A DNA stretch of 64,000 bases from Cyanophora paradoxa CCMP329. Lineage: Eukaryota > Plantae > Glaucophyta. Under the pieces are notes generated by a model, which ran no database searches, was not told the DNA's origin, and saw nothing but the letters and a program-made list of their open reading frames with translations. The translations under genes were made by a program, and so were the position numbers. The DNA is taken from positions 62,001-126,000 of the forward strand of contig QPMI01000437.1 of the NCBI GenBank assembly GCA_004431415.1. The letters run 5' to 3'. Below are positions 47,465-59,705 of this stretch, one piece after another; position 1 is the stretch's first letter, and each line of letters begins with the position of its first letter.

Positions 47465-49302
47465 CCCCTTCTCCCTTTCCTTCCTCCTCACCGCCTCACC
47501 TCTCCTGCCTCAGGTGCGAGTACCTGGAGGCGCTGCTGAAGCAGGACGGCCACGCCGTGATCGTCGTCGCCGAGGGGGCGGGGCAGGTCCGTCCGTCCGC
47601 GCCGTCCCTCCGAAGCGGGCCTCGGCCCGGCCTAGTACCCAGCGCTCTACAGACTACGCTGCTTACTGCCAAACCATAGCTGATAGCCGTCCGTCCGCCC
47701 CGGCGCCGCCGCCGCCTCCTCCCCTCCTCCCCCAGCCCCTCTCCCCCTCGCCCTCGCCCTCCCTCCCTCTCCCTCTCGCTCACCTGACCCTCCCCCCCCC
47801 CCCCCGCCCCCGGCAGGACCTGATCGAGCCGGAGAAGCGGCGGACGGACCGCGACGCCTCCGGCAACCTCAAGCTCATGGATCCCGGCGTGGTCAGTTAG
47901 TCCAGCCGAGCCTAAAATGACCTTACATCTAGGACCTTAGAGCTTGACCAATACCTAAGCCTCCCCACCCCCTCCTACCTAACCTAAAATGACCTAATGA
48001 CCTAGAAATGATTTAGGACCTTAGAGCTTAACCAGGACCTATGGACCTCAAGCTCATGGACCCCGGCGTGGTCAGTCCGGCCGGCCGAGCCTAAAAATAA
48101 AACGATGCTTGATCTAGGAACCCAAAAAGCTTAACTAGGACCTTAAATGACCGTACATCTCATGGGCCCCGGCGTGGTCCGCGGACCCGGCCGAGCCTAA
48201 AAACGAGCCTAGAAATGACCTAGGACCTGAGAGTTTAACATCTGAAGGCCGAACCGGCCGAGCCGCGCCCTTGAACGACTGCCTATCGCGAGACGGACCT
48301 GACCAGCCACCTGTCCAACTAACTAACTAACTGATAAAATGACCTTACAGCCCTGGCGCCCCCTTATAACTACAACGCCCCCACACGCCCCAGCGGATTG
48401 CCCCCCGCCTCCTCGCCCCCCTCTTATTCGCCCGGCCCGCAGTACCTCAAGGAGCGCATCTCGGCGCACTTCCACAAGATAAACATGAAGTGCAACGTCA
48501 AGTACATCGACGTGCGTACCCCCCTCCCCCCCCTCCCCCCTTTGGCTTCCCGCTCTGGCTCTGGCTTCCCGCCCTCCTCCCGCAACATGTAGCACCGCCA
48601 CCCCTCTCCTCCTTGACCCTTACACCCTCTCCCTCTACTACCCCCCCCCCCCCCCCCCCCCCCCCCCCCTTCGCAGCCGACGTACATGATCCGGACGATC
48701 CCGGCGAACGCCGCCGACTCGGTCTACTGCACCGTCGTCGCCCACAACGCCGTCCACGGCGCCATGCACGGTCCGCCCGTCTTCATTTCTAGGATCTGAA
48801 GTATGATCCTCGAAGCGATCCTTGATCCTGAGGTCATAATCATGAAAAGTCATTAAGATGAAGAGTAGGCGGAAAGTAGAATAGAGTAGACGGCGCCATG
48901 GCGTCTTCACAAATTCCTACAAGGATTCTACTACAAGATATAAGCTTCAGACTAGATTCAGAGCCCCCCCCCCCCCCCCCCCACCCCCCCACGCCAACGT
49001 GCCGACGCGCGCGCGCGCCCCGTCCGCAGGCTTCACGGGCTTCACCACGGCCCTCGTCAACGAGAAGTGCGCGTACCCCCCGATTCTTCCCCCCTTCTGA
49101 TCCCCCCCCCCTCCAGGTGCGTGTACCTCCCCTTCGACGACATCATCGGCCCCCCCGCCACCGTCGACCCGAACGGCCGCATGTGGGGCCGAGGTGCGCT
49201 CAGATCTCATCTGATCCGATCTGATCTGATCTGATTCGATCTGATTTGATCTGGGTCCGTCGCGCAGTGCTTAGCTCGACGGGCCAGCCCGACTTCGAAT
49301 AG
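45017..49302 (+). CDS. PFK: ATP-dependent 6-phosphofructokinase (plant/group X type)
   Basis: [98 protein letters not shown]. Confidence 0.95.
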
Positions 49303-49716
49303 GCGTCTCAGGCCTCGGCCTCTGCGTCTTCTAGCTTTAGTTTCAGGCCCTAGTCTAGGTACAACCCTCGCGCCCCGCACCTCTTTCAGCCTTTGCACAG
49401 CCTCCTTATCACTGAATCTAATGATGCCCTACCGACGGCGCTGGCCGGAAAGAGGGCGGGCAGCGGGGCCTGCAGCTAGCACTGCGCACGTACGCGTGCC
49501 TCGCCGTATGCGCAAGAACGAGACCCAAGACCTAGCATATATATAGACTCTGAGATCTACACGGTATACGTATACGTAGTTGCAATTGCTGCGCTCTAGA
49601 TCCGATGATCTGTGCAGCTGCGGCGCCCCTAGGCCTGGTTCCGTACGCGTCGCCATGGTTTGAGTTTTTGGCGTGAGCGATGCAGATACGGCTAGCTAGC
49701 TAGCGCCGGGGCGGGC

Positions 49717-52700
49717 CTAGCGGCGGAAGTGGACGTTCAGGACGGAAGGGTGCATGGGGGAGTGCTGGATGGAGATCACGAAGGGCAGCGCCGGGTGGAA
49801 GAGGTACGAGAGCCAGCGCCTGCGCCCAAAAAGTATTGATTAAACAGCCGGGTACGAGTGCACGTAGCGGGGGCCGGACGGGCGCACTTGTTCCGGGGGC
49901 TGGAGCGGGGGCTCGTGGGACCGGGGTGGATCTGCCCGGAAACGAATCAATTATTTACCGGGGGGAGGGGGGAGCGGGGGGGTACCTTGAATCGGATGGC
50001 GCCGGTGCGGCGGGAGAGGAACTTGACGGGGTACTCGAGGCACTGGTACGAGCGGCACTGGAAGCTGCGAGGAGGTCGCGGGGCGCGTGAGCCGAATCGA
50101 ATCGCGGGGCGGGGTACCCGGGAGGGGTAAGAGAAAGGCTTCTTATTCGTTTTCTCGAGCACTGCTCGCTTGTTTTGGATCCTACGAAGCCCCCGCCTCT
50201 GACCCTTACGAGCTCCTCTTCTAGAGCTTATGTACGGCTCTTCTTGCGGGCTCGGGCGCACGAGCCGCCGTGGGAGACGAGGCGGTCGTATGAAGCCCCC
50301 GTCTCTGACCCCTAAAGCTTATTTAGGGCTCTCCTTGCGGGCGCACGAGTCTCCGTGGGAGACGAGGCGGTCCTATGAAGCCCCCGTCTCTGACCCCTAA
50401 AGCTTATGTACGGCTCTCCTTGCGGGCGCACGAGTCGCCGTGGGAGACGAGGCGGTCCTATAAAGCCCCCGTCTCTGACCTTAAAAGCCTTGAACCCTAT
50501 GAGCCTTGACCCTTGCGAGCTCTTCTTTTAAAGCAACCTTGAACCTTCTAAAGCTTATTTACGGCGCTAGATCTTCTTGCGGGCGCAGCGCACGAGTCGC
50601 CGTGGGAGACGAGGCGGTCGTCGTAGGTGAAGAGGGCCGGGTCCAGCAGCGGGCTCTCGCAGCCTGCAGAGCGAAGAAGGGGGCGGGGCGGGATCAGGAG
50701 AACGACCGCAAGTGAGGAGAAGTGAGAAGGACGCTTAAGAGGCTTGGCCACGATCCTAAGCTCGTAAGGAGGGGAGGGAGGTGCCTAAGGTGCCTAACAG
50801 GTGCTCTCGCAGCCTGCGGGGGCGAAAGAAGGAGGAGGAGGAGGAGGAGGAGGAAAGCAAGTAAGCCTTCTCAGAGCTAAGCAAGCTAACTGGAGGGCGG
50901 GGCGGGGCGGGCGCACTGTTCTAAAGCTAAAGCTAAGTATTATAAAGCTAAAGCTGGAGGGCGGGGCGGGCGCACTGTTCTGGGGGGCGCAGGGGAGCAT
51001 GGAGAGGTGCCGCCGCGCGAAGGAGCCCGCCGCGCTGCGCGCGCTGCCGGGCCGGAACGCGCGAAGGCGCCGGTCAGAAGGCGGCGAGGGATCGATGTCT
51101 GGGACATTGCTAGGATATCCTTCCTGTGGTTCCTGTGGCCTCTCCTTCCTTCTCACCTCGCTGCGTAGACGGCGCGCTGGGCGCGGTGGAGCTCGCGCAG
51201 GTGCCCGTTCGTCGCGATGCTCCCCACCGAGAGCGCACCGCTCGTCGGGGACGAGGGCGAGCGCGCCCGGAAGAAGTCCTAAGGGGGTAAAAGTGAGAAG
51301 AAGAAGTGAGGAGGAAGCTTGAGAGGCTTAGCTAAGGAGGGGAAGGGGCCGGCGGGGTGCGTGCGGGCGGGCGCGCCTGGCGGGCCGCGTAGATCTAAGA
51401 TTCTAAGATTCTAAGACGCTAAGACGGTCTACTATTCTAAGATCTAAGAGGGCCGCCCCTGGTGGGACTCGTAGAGGGCGAATAGATCTAAGATGCTAAG
51501 ACAACTTAACATTCTAAGATTAGATCTCATACGGGCCGGCCGGGGCCGCGCCTGGTGTGTCTCGTAGAGGGCGAAGAGGTCGTCGGAGGTGTTGTGGAGG
51601 AAGCGCATCACCCGCGTCGTCCGCACCTGCGCGATCGCGAGCGAGGGGAAAGGGGAAAGGGGAAAGGGGGCGTGAGCGTGGGACGCGGAGTGGACGTGAG
51701 CGCTAGGATGGCTCTAGGCGTCGGGGGCGCGAAGAAAGCTCCAGAGAGCGGGGGGGGGGGGGGGGGGGGGGCTCTTGGTCGAGGGCGAGCTCGAGTTCGA
51801 GTGGTCGAGGCGGGGGGCCGAGCTCGGTCAGCTCTAGGGCAGGCGAAAGAACCGCGCGCGCTGGAGGCTTAGGATCGAGGTCGAGCCCGAGCCTCGAGGG
51901 TTTGGCTTAGGGGCGGGCGCCGCGGCGCACGTTGTAGACGACGAAGAATGCGGCAGCGTTCCAGTGGGCCCCCGCCTGCGCCCCCGCCCCGGGTAAGCAG
52001 GAGGCGGAAGAAGAAGAACGCTTACAGTACTAGTCAGCTTTGAACGTTGGCTTCTTTAAGTTACTCTAAGTTAGTCGAGTTACTCTTCTAGTCTAGTTCA
52101 GGGGCGCGGGGGGCACCTCGACGGCGCGGGCGGGGTTGTCGGGGGGCCCGATCAGCTTCAGAAGCACGTGGTCGCCGTCCAGAAACTGGAAGCGCCACAT
52201 TACCAGGCTCTGTAACGAACGTCTTAGTCAGTTGGACGGCTTTTCAGTTGAGCGTTACTTTTCAGTTACTAGAGCATTGGATTCCTAATTAAGCGTTTTT
52301 TAATGCTGGCTCGCTAAGCTCTGTAGACCGGGGCGCTTGCGGCTCGCCGCAGACTTGACGCCGGCGCCCCGCCCATGGCCAGCCGCGCCGCGCCGCGCCG
52401 CGCCGCGCCCAGCCCCGCCCCGCCCTCACCTCGTACTGGGCGGAGTGGCAGTGGAAGTTGCGCTGTGCCTGCAGGCGCTGCTCCCGGCGGGCCCGGTCAG
52501 ATCATGCCGGGTCAGAGGGGCGGAGGGAGTAGAGGAGGGCTAGAGGGAAGCAAGAAGAGCGCTAGCGGCTAGAGAAGAAGATTAGGGATGCTCTGAGATA
52601 GATAGACGGGCTTCCCAGAGTTCCATAGACGCCGCGCCGGCGGCTGGAAGCTTCGAATTCGAATTCGGGGAAGGGCGCTAGCGGCCGGACCGGCCAGGTC

Positions 52701-54593
52701 AGGTGGGGCAGAGGAGGTCGAGGAGGGGCCGGAAGGAGAGGCGAAGAGCGCCATGGCTAGCTATAGGCGTGGAACGCTAGGAGGGGAGGAAGAAGAGCGC
52801 TGGCGGCTAGATTGGATTAAGGGGGGAGCCGGCGGCTGGAAGCTTCGAATTCGAATTCGCACCTGCTCGCGGGTGAGGCCCGGGTTGAGGGACTGGCGGA
52901 AGAGGTGCGCCAGGATGCGCTGCTTGACGCCCGTCACCAGCGGCTTGGAAGAGGACGAGAAGGAGGAGGATGAGGAGGAGGGGGAGGAAGGGGAGGAGGG
53001 GCCGTCATGCGGCGGCGGGTGCGGCGGGTGCGACGGCGGCGGGTGCGTTTGCTGGGCGTGAGCGCCGTGGGCGCTGGAGGGGCCGGCGGCGTGGATCGGG
53101 CTGACGACGTCGGGCCCGGGGCCGAACCCCGTCGTGGGCTCCGGGCGGAGCCTCGCGACGGAGGCACGGAAGCTCAAGGGGTACGCGCTGCCTGCTCCGA
53201 GATTAGCGTACCCCCCCTGCCCTCCCGCGTCCAACGATGACGACGAAGACTGCGCCGGCTCCGGCCCCCCGCACGCCGCGGGGCCTCCGGATCCGTCCGC
53301 CGCGGCATGCGCGCTGCAGAGGTCTCAAGATCAAAAGATGGGGGGGGGGGAAGCGGCGGGGAGGAAGCGGCGGGGGGGTACGCACGTGAACGCGGCCTCG
53401 GCGTCGCGCTGGCAGGCGAGAAAGAGGTCGTCGTCCTCGTAGCAGTGCGGGCCCACTACCCGCACGTCCACGAGCGAACCCGTCTCCTGTTGGTTTGTCA
53501 GAGGGTAAGCGAGGGGGGTACGTGCAGCGCAAAGATTGCTGTTCGATTCGATACGCGTACCCGGACGTGCATGATGTGGATGGCTTGGTACCGCACGGAG
53601 AGCACTGCAAAGGCGTCCTGGTACAGGTGTACCCCCGCGTGGTGCTGCGCCCCCCCCCCGGGGGTACGCGATCGGCACGGGGGAGGGGGCTACGCAACGC
53701 GAGGGAACGGGATCGGGGCACCTGCAGGACGATGTAGTCGTCGAGAAAGACGCGGCGGTCGTACTCCTGCGCGTTGGAGGGGGGGTACGCACACGTCAGC
53801 GGATGCTAGGGGAGTACGGCTGAGTCTGCGCGCGTCGCCCGCGGCCGGCCGCACCACGCCGTCGGCGAGGCCGACTAGGTAGAAAGTGATGCGCTCCAGG
53901 CGGGGTACCCAGTTGACCTGCGGCTCCCGCGCCCCCGGGGCCACCACCCGCGTCTGGTCCGCGACCGGCGGCAGGTGCGCCCCGCCCGTGTTCGCCGGCA
54001 CGGACGACGCCAGAATCATCTGAGCGTGTTGCCGTTAAAATTCGATCCGCTCCGTCCTGGGAGAACAGATTTTGAAGGCGGCGCTCACGAATCGGTCGCC
54101 TTCGGTCATGAGGCAGAAGTCTTTGCAGAGTACTTCGGGGTAGCCCGCGAGGTTCTTCTCGTAAACCAGCGTGAAGTACGTTTCAAACCTGAGGAAAACC
54201 TCAGCGCGGCTCGCGGGCGGGCGGGCGGCCCTTCGAAATTCTGATCACGCCGCGCCTGCCGTCCCGCTCGCGGGTGACGTCTTCGCGGGAGGACGTGGGC
54301 CAGCAGAAGCGGTACACGGCAACGGACTGGAGGCTCCGGTTGAAGCATATGAGGTACGAGCCGTCGCTGCTCCAGCGGCGCGCGCAGATGTGCGGAGGAT
54401 ACTCCACGTTCGCGATGCATGTGCTCGGGACCTGCGGGGCTGTCAGGGACGCTCCTTCGCAGCTGGCAAGGGGACAACGGGGTCGCACGATGTTCTCGTA
54501 GAACGAGCGAAGGTTGACGGCCTGGGCTCCGGGGCGAATGCGCCCCAGCTCGCGCTGCTGCAAGCGCTTTACAATATTAAGCTGCGGCCGCAT
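49717..54593 (-). CDS. DET1: De-etiolated 1 homolog
   Basis: NIVKRLQQRE..RSFYENI, NVEYPP..RRWSSDGSYLICF, KDFCL, LERITFYLV, LVDVRVVGPHCYEDD, TGVKQRILAHLFR, QFLDGDHVLLK, LPCAPQ, SPLLDPALFTYDDRLVS, YLFHPALPFVISIQH..VLNVHFRR*. Confidence 0.92.
50259..50620. repeat. ~85 bp tandem repeat in a DET1 intron, each unit carrying a copy of the exon end and donor
   Basis: GCACGAG(T/C)C(G/T)CCGTGGGAGACGAGGCGGTC at ~50259, ~50343, ~50428 and at the real exon ~50590. Confidence 0.85.
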
Positions 54594-55018
54594 GGCCTCG
54601 CTCTCCGGATCGCGTCCTCCCTGTCCGCGACGGTCTCCCGCTCGTGCGGGCGCTGTCTCGTCCTAAGACGGCGCTCCGCCCTGGCCCCCGTCGACCTCAG
54701 ACCACGAGCGACCGCTGTCCGATCCGCTGCACAACCGCTCCCTGGACGCTGATGGGGGGTTCGTGCGGCCGCTGCAGATGTTGCAGCATGTAAGCCTCGC
54801 CTACTAGGCTCGCTTCCTGCCCACCGCCTGCTCCTGCAAGGCCAAGGTGCCACGCTTCTCCGACCGGCCCGGGGGGCGCGTGAGCTTTCGCAAGATCTTC
54901 TCCGCTAGGTGTAGGCTTCTCAGGATCAGTTGCTCAGCTGCTTCTGTGCGGCTGGCCCCCCCGAAGGCAACAAAGGCGACCGTACCCAATTGTCAAAGGC
55001 GATCGTACCCCATCGAGG

Positions 55019-58000
55019 ATGGCGCGACGGGCGCTCTGGGGCCTGCTCGTCCTGCTGGCGGTCGCTTATGCATCGGCAGCAGCCATCAAGCAAGTCCAGC
55101 TCCTCGCCGACCTGGAGGCGGGCAGGCCCGTCATCCACGCTGGTGCGACGCGGCGGAGAAAGCACCGGCCGCGGGCATTTGATTCTCGTTTGCAGGCATG
55201 CAGTATCGCCTTACGTTTGACACCGACGACGTGCCGCTTGTGAAGGTACTTACGAACCTCCGGCCGCGGCCGAGCGCTTCCACGCACCTCGCTGCACTCG
55301 CTTAAAGCGCGAGATTCTTGCGATGCTAGCCCTGCCGGCGCCCTCTGGTGGCCTGGAGCGTTACGGCCGCTTGACTTTGTGCGTCCTGCCGCCGCGCACA
55401 GATCGTCCTGTGCCAGACTGGAGCCGCCTGCACGCCGGAGAGCAATGCGCACGTGGCGGCGGAGTCGTTCGATGCGACCGTGAAGGACTCGGCCGACTTC
55501 AGCCGGTGAGTCCAACGGCAACGCCTTCTCGGGCATCGAAGCGCGCTGACGCTCTCTCCAAAGGGACCCGTTCGCGGCTTCGAGCGTCTCCTTCTTCTAC
55601 TTCGCGCCCCCGTCGTACCTGCACGCCGGCACGTACTTCATCCGCATCTACAGCACCAGCGACGCCGGAATCTACGCCGACTCCGTCAGCTTCGCCCTTG
55701 GTTCGCTCTTTCTCTATCTCGCGCGCGCGCACTCGTCGCGGCGCCGCGGCGCCGAACGCCCGCCGCAGCGGAGGGCCACGACGCGCGCGACGACTCGGCC
55801 GTCGCCGGCGTTCGTGCGGCGCCGATCTCTGAGGCGCTGCACCTCGGCATCGCCGGCCTCGGCGGCGCTTACCGCCCCGGCGAGACCGTCCGCCTCACCG
55901 TCCGCTCCGAGGCGGACGCCCTCCCCGACGTCTTCCTCTGCCGCGCCGGCCCCGCCTGCGCGTGCGTCGCCCCGTACCCCTCCCGGCCCTCCCTCCCTCC
56001 CGCTTCGTCGACGTGTACCCCCCGCAGGACGCGGATCCACCTGGGGTCCATCGGGACGCAGCAGACCTTCGACTACACGCTGCCGGAGGGCACGCAGCCC
56101 GGCGACGACTACCTCTTCCGGTTCGCGCTCGTACCCCCCTCCCCCTCCATCCCCCTAACCGCCCCCCCGGCAGCTTCCAGCTGGGAAGTGACGTCACGAA
56201 CTACGTGGACTCCCCCACATTCACCGTCGAGGGTACGCCTTCGGCTTTCGCCCGTCTCCGGCGCCGGCGCCTACCCCCAACTCCTCCCTCCGCAGGCGGG
56301 GGCCTGCCGGACGAGTGGACGGGCGCGGCGGGGCGGGCCCACCCCGTCGCCTCTCTCTTCCTGATCGTCCTCATGCTCGTCGCCGTCGGCGGCCTCATCT
56401 GGATCCTCATCAAGTTCATATCCCCCCCCCCTCCCCCCCCCCTCCCCCTCCTCCTCACTTACGTATACCTCCCAGGCTCTCGCCGGGGCACATCGCGTCG
56501 CGCCCGGCGCACAGGTCCGCCCTCCATCCATCCATCCATCCATCCAGCGCAACCCCCCTCCCTCCCTCCCTTCATTCTCCTCTCGCAGGACGCGGCTGGA
56601 GGGCCTGGGCGCCATCTTCGTCGCCGAGGCCTGCCTCGCCTTCATCGCCTTCCTCTCCTTTACCCTCGCGGTGCGGTGCCATTGGTTTGGAGCTTTCTAT
56701 CACGAAACCTTCATATTTTATAGTTTTGAGGCTTCTTAAGCTCCTCCCATCCTCTAGGATTCTCGATTTTCTGCTGTAAACCTCGTTTCTTAATTCCTGC
56801 GCTTCACCCTATCCATCTATGTATGCAGCTTTTCACCCGCCTAGGCCTGACTCTCTCTGCCGCCGCAGCTGAGCGACCAGCGCCACTCGGGGCTCTTCCA
56901 CGCGGTCTCGAAGTCCTACCGCCCCAACGCGCACCAGTTCCTCTCCGCCTCCGCCGCCCCCGCCGCCCTCGAGCGGTCCGTCCGAGCTAGTACCCCCCCC
57001 CCTCCCCCTCCTCCTCCTTTTTTCTCCCTTCATTCATTCTTTCATTCTTCAGGGGGTACTACAGCTGCGGCGGCTCGAAGCAGTACGTCCACCCGCAGGC
57101 GCTAGGCCCCGCGGGGCGGCCCCCGCACGCCGCCTCCGACCTCGTGTACCCTCCCACCCCTCCTCCCCCCCCCTCCCCATCTCCTCCGCCCCTTACAGCC
57201 TCTCCCCTTCCCCCCCAGGGCGGCGGCGCAGATCGCGAACATCGCGTACATTGTCCTCACCCTGCTCGGCCTCGCCCTCGACGCCCGTGACGTCCACGCC
57301 GGTGCGCGAGCCGAACCGAGCTGATCAAACCCAATCTAACTGGCTTCGCTTGTTGCTTGTATTTATCTATCTGGCCTATAGCTTTGGCTTCTTTCGGATG
57401 ATCGATCTATCTATCTGACGCCGCGCGCCGCGCGCAGCGTTCCGTCTGCAGCCGCCGGTGGCCGCCCCGAAGACCGCCAACGCGGCCGTCAACACCGCCA
57501 TCAGCGCCGTGCAGGCGCGTACCCCCCTCCCCCTTCCCCCCCCCGCGCTACGCGCTCGGATAGGCCCGGCCGGCCAGGCGGGGAGGGCGAGGGCGCAAGC
57601 CTTCACCCCCCCCCCCCCCCCCCCCCCCCTTTAGCTCACTTCGTTCGTTCGCAGACGAACGCCTTCCGTCTCGGGCTCGCCCTTGTACCCCTCATCCTCT
57701 TCCCCTCGCGCTCTCCGTTTCCGCCTTCGGCTACGGCCACTGCGTCTCCTCGGTGCGGCTATCCCGCCCCCCCCCCCCCCCCCCCCCCCTCCCTCTCCTC
57801 CCCCCTTCCCTTTTCCCGGACGGCCCCGCCCCGTGCGCCGCCCTACCCCGCTCCCTTTCGTCTGCTCTAACCGGCGGACGGGCCTGCCCCCCGCCCGCCC
57901 CCCGCACTCCACGCCGCCCCGTGCCCCGCCGCTAGCTAGCTAGCCAGCCCCGAGAGCCCAGCTAAGAGCGGGCCAGCAAGCGAGCGCCTGATCCTGTGCC

Positions 58001-59022
58001 GCCCTATGCCGCCCTACCTCGCGCCCCGCCGCAAGCTAGTTCGCTCCGCCCGCCCGGCCCCTGAGAGCGGGCCCCGCGCAGTACTACTTCGGCTCGCCGG
58101 CGTCGGTCCACTGGGTCGCCTGGATGATGGTGCGATCCCTGTTCATATATTATTATGAAGTTTCTACGGGAGTAATAGTTCATAGATTTTAATCGGCTCT
58201 ATAGATGTTAGTAGATAGGTCGGGGTCCAATGGGTCGCGCTCCCCGGACCCTAGAGACTTCTCCCCGCGCTCTCCTCGGCTCTCTTTCTTTCTCTTCTCT
58301 GATCGGCGCCTCTCTGTCCTGTCCAGCCGCTGATCGCCATCGGGCTCGGCGCCGGCCTCTTCGCCGTGCAGCGCTTCCGCCCGGAGCGCCTGGGCCAGGC
58401 AGCCCTCGCCGCCCTCGGCCTCCTCATTGCCTACGGCGGCATCACGTACCTCGTCTCGCTCCTGGGAGCCAAACTCTCGACGCTCCTGGGAGCCGCCATG
58501 GGCGCCCAGACGTTCGCGTTCCTCCTCTTCATTCTGGCCCGCTTCTACGACCGGCACATGACGGCCGAGCCGTCCGCCGGTACCTCCGGATTCGGCTTCG
58601 CTTTCAAGGCGTCGTCCTCCTCGGAGGCGGAGGTCGCGGCGTACCCTCCCCCGGCCCCGGTCCCGTCCGCCTTCCAGTTCTCGAAGCCGTCGGCCGTACC
58701 CCCGCCGCCGCCTCCGCCCCCGCCCCCGCCCCCGCCGAAGCCGGCGGCGGCCCCGGTGACGTCATCCCCCTTCGTGCCGGGGCTCGACTACGTACCCGCC
58801 TCGGACTACTCCCTCTCGGCCAACTCGTCGTTCACCGAGGCCGCCGCGTACCCCTCCGGCTCCGCGCCCCGCCGCACGGGCCCGGGCCCCGGGACGGCGC
58901 GGACGGAGCCGCGGCGGGCCCCGCGGGAGGAGCCTCAGCCGACCCCGGACAGGCCGCGCGACGCCGGCGCGACCTCGCTCGCCCTCACCATCTCCGACCT
59001 CCACGAGGGTACCGTGTTTTGA
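55019..59022 (+). CDS. Signal-peptide, ectodomain plus multi-pass membrane protein with Pro-rich C-terminal tail; family not recognised
   Basis: MARRALWGLLVLLAVAYASAAA leader. Beta-rich exons 55.4-56.2 kb. Hydrophobic exons such as VASLFLIVLMLVAVGGLIWILIK, IANIAYIVLTLLGLAL, ALAALGLLIAYGGITYLVSLL and TFAFLLFILARF. Stop at 59022. Confidence 0.65.
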
Positions 59023-59705
59023 GCTAAAAATAGCCTCGCGGTCAAATTCGAAAATTGAGTTTCGCGGCAGGGCGGAGCTACCGGAGCCTGAACTTCGTGG
59101 ACAGTGCGGCCCGCAAGCCGACCGTCGGCGAGTCGCTCCGCAACTTCTTCTACTGAGCGTAGCCCCCGTGCGCGCAATCTCTTCTAGGCGTAGCGTAGGC
59201 TTTCGAATTCCTGCACGAGTCGAACCACCACAATCGCGAACCGTACAGCTTTTGCATGGCCCGCCCCATTCCAGGCCGGAATCCCGGGTCGGGAATCTGG
59301 ATCCGTGGCTATGTAGCTTAGCTATATATAGAGACTCGAGCTTAGGCTCCTTATCATTTGAGCCCGACTCTGCCAGACTCTCCGAGTCTCCGAGCCGAAC
59401 CGAGAGAACCGAACCGAAGAGTGCTGGCTAGCTATAGTTGAACTCTAGATCTGCCTCGCCAGCCCCGAATCGATTGCGCGAAATTAAAATGCGATGAATT
59501 GCGCGAAAATGCGACATCGGTGCATTCGAATTTCGCGATCGCGATCGCGATCGCATGCCTCAGTGCGCATGAGCTCGGGGGCTACAGCAGCCCAGAGGCC
59601 GCGAGCATTTCGCATTTTCTCGCATGGCATGAGGTCGCGGCAATGCGTGTCAATGCTGTCAATTCATCAAACGCTTAATTGCGCGGGATTGCAAAATTGC
59701 GATGA

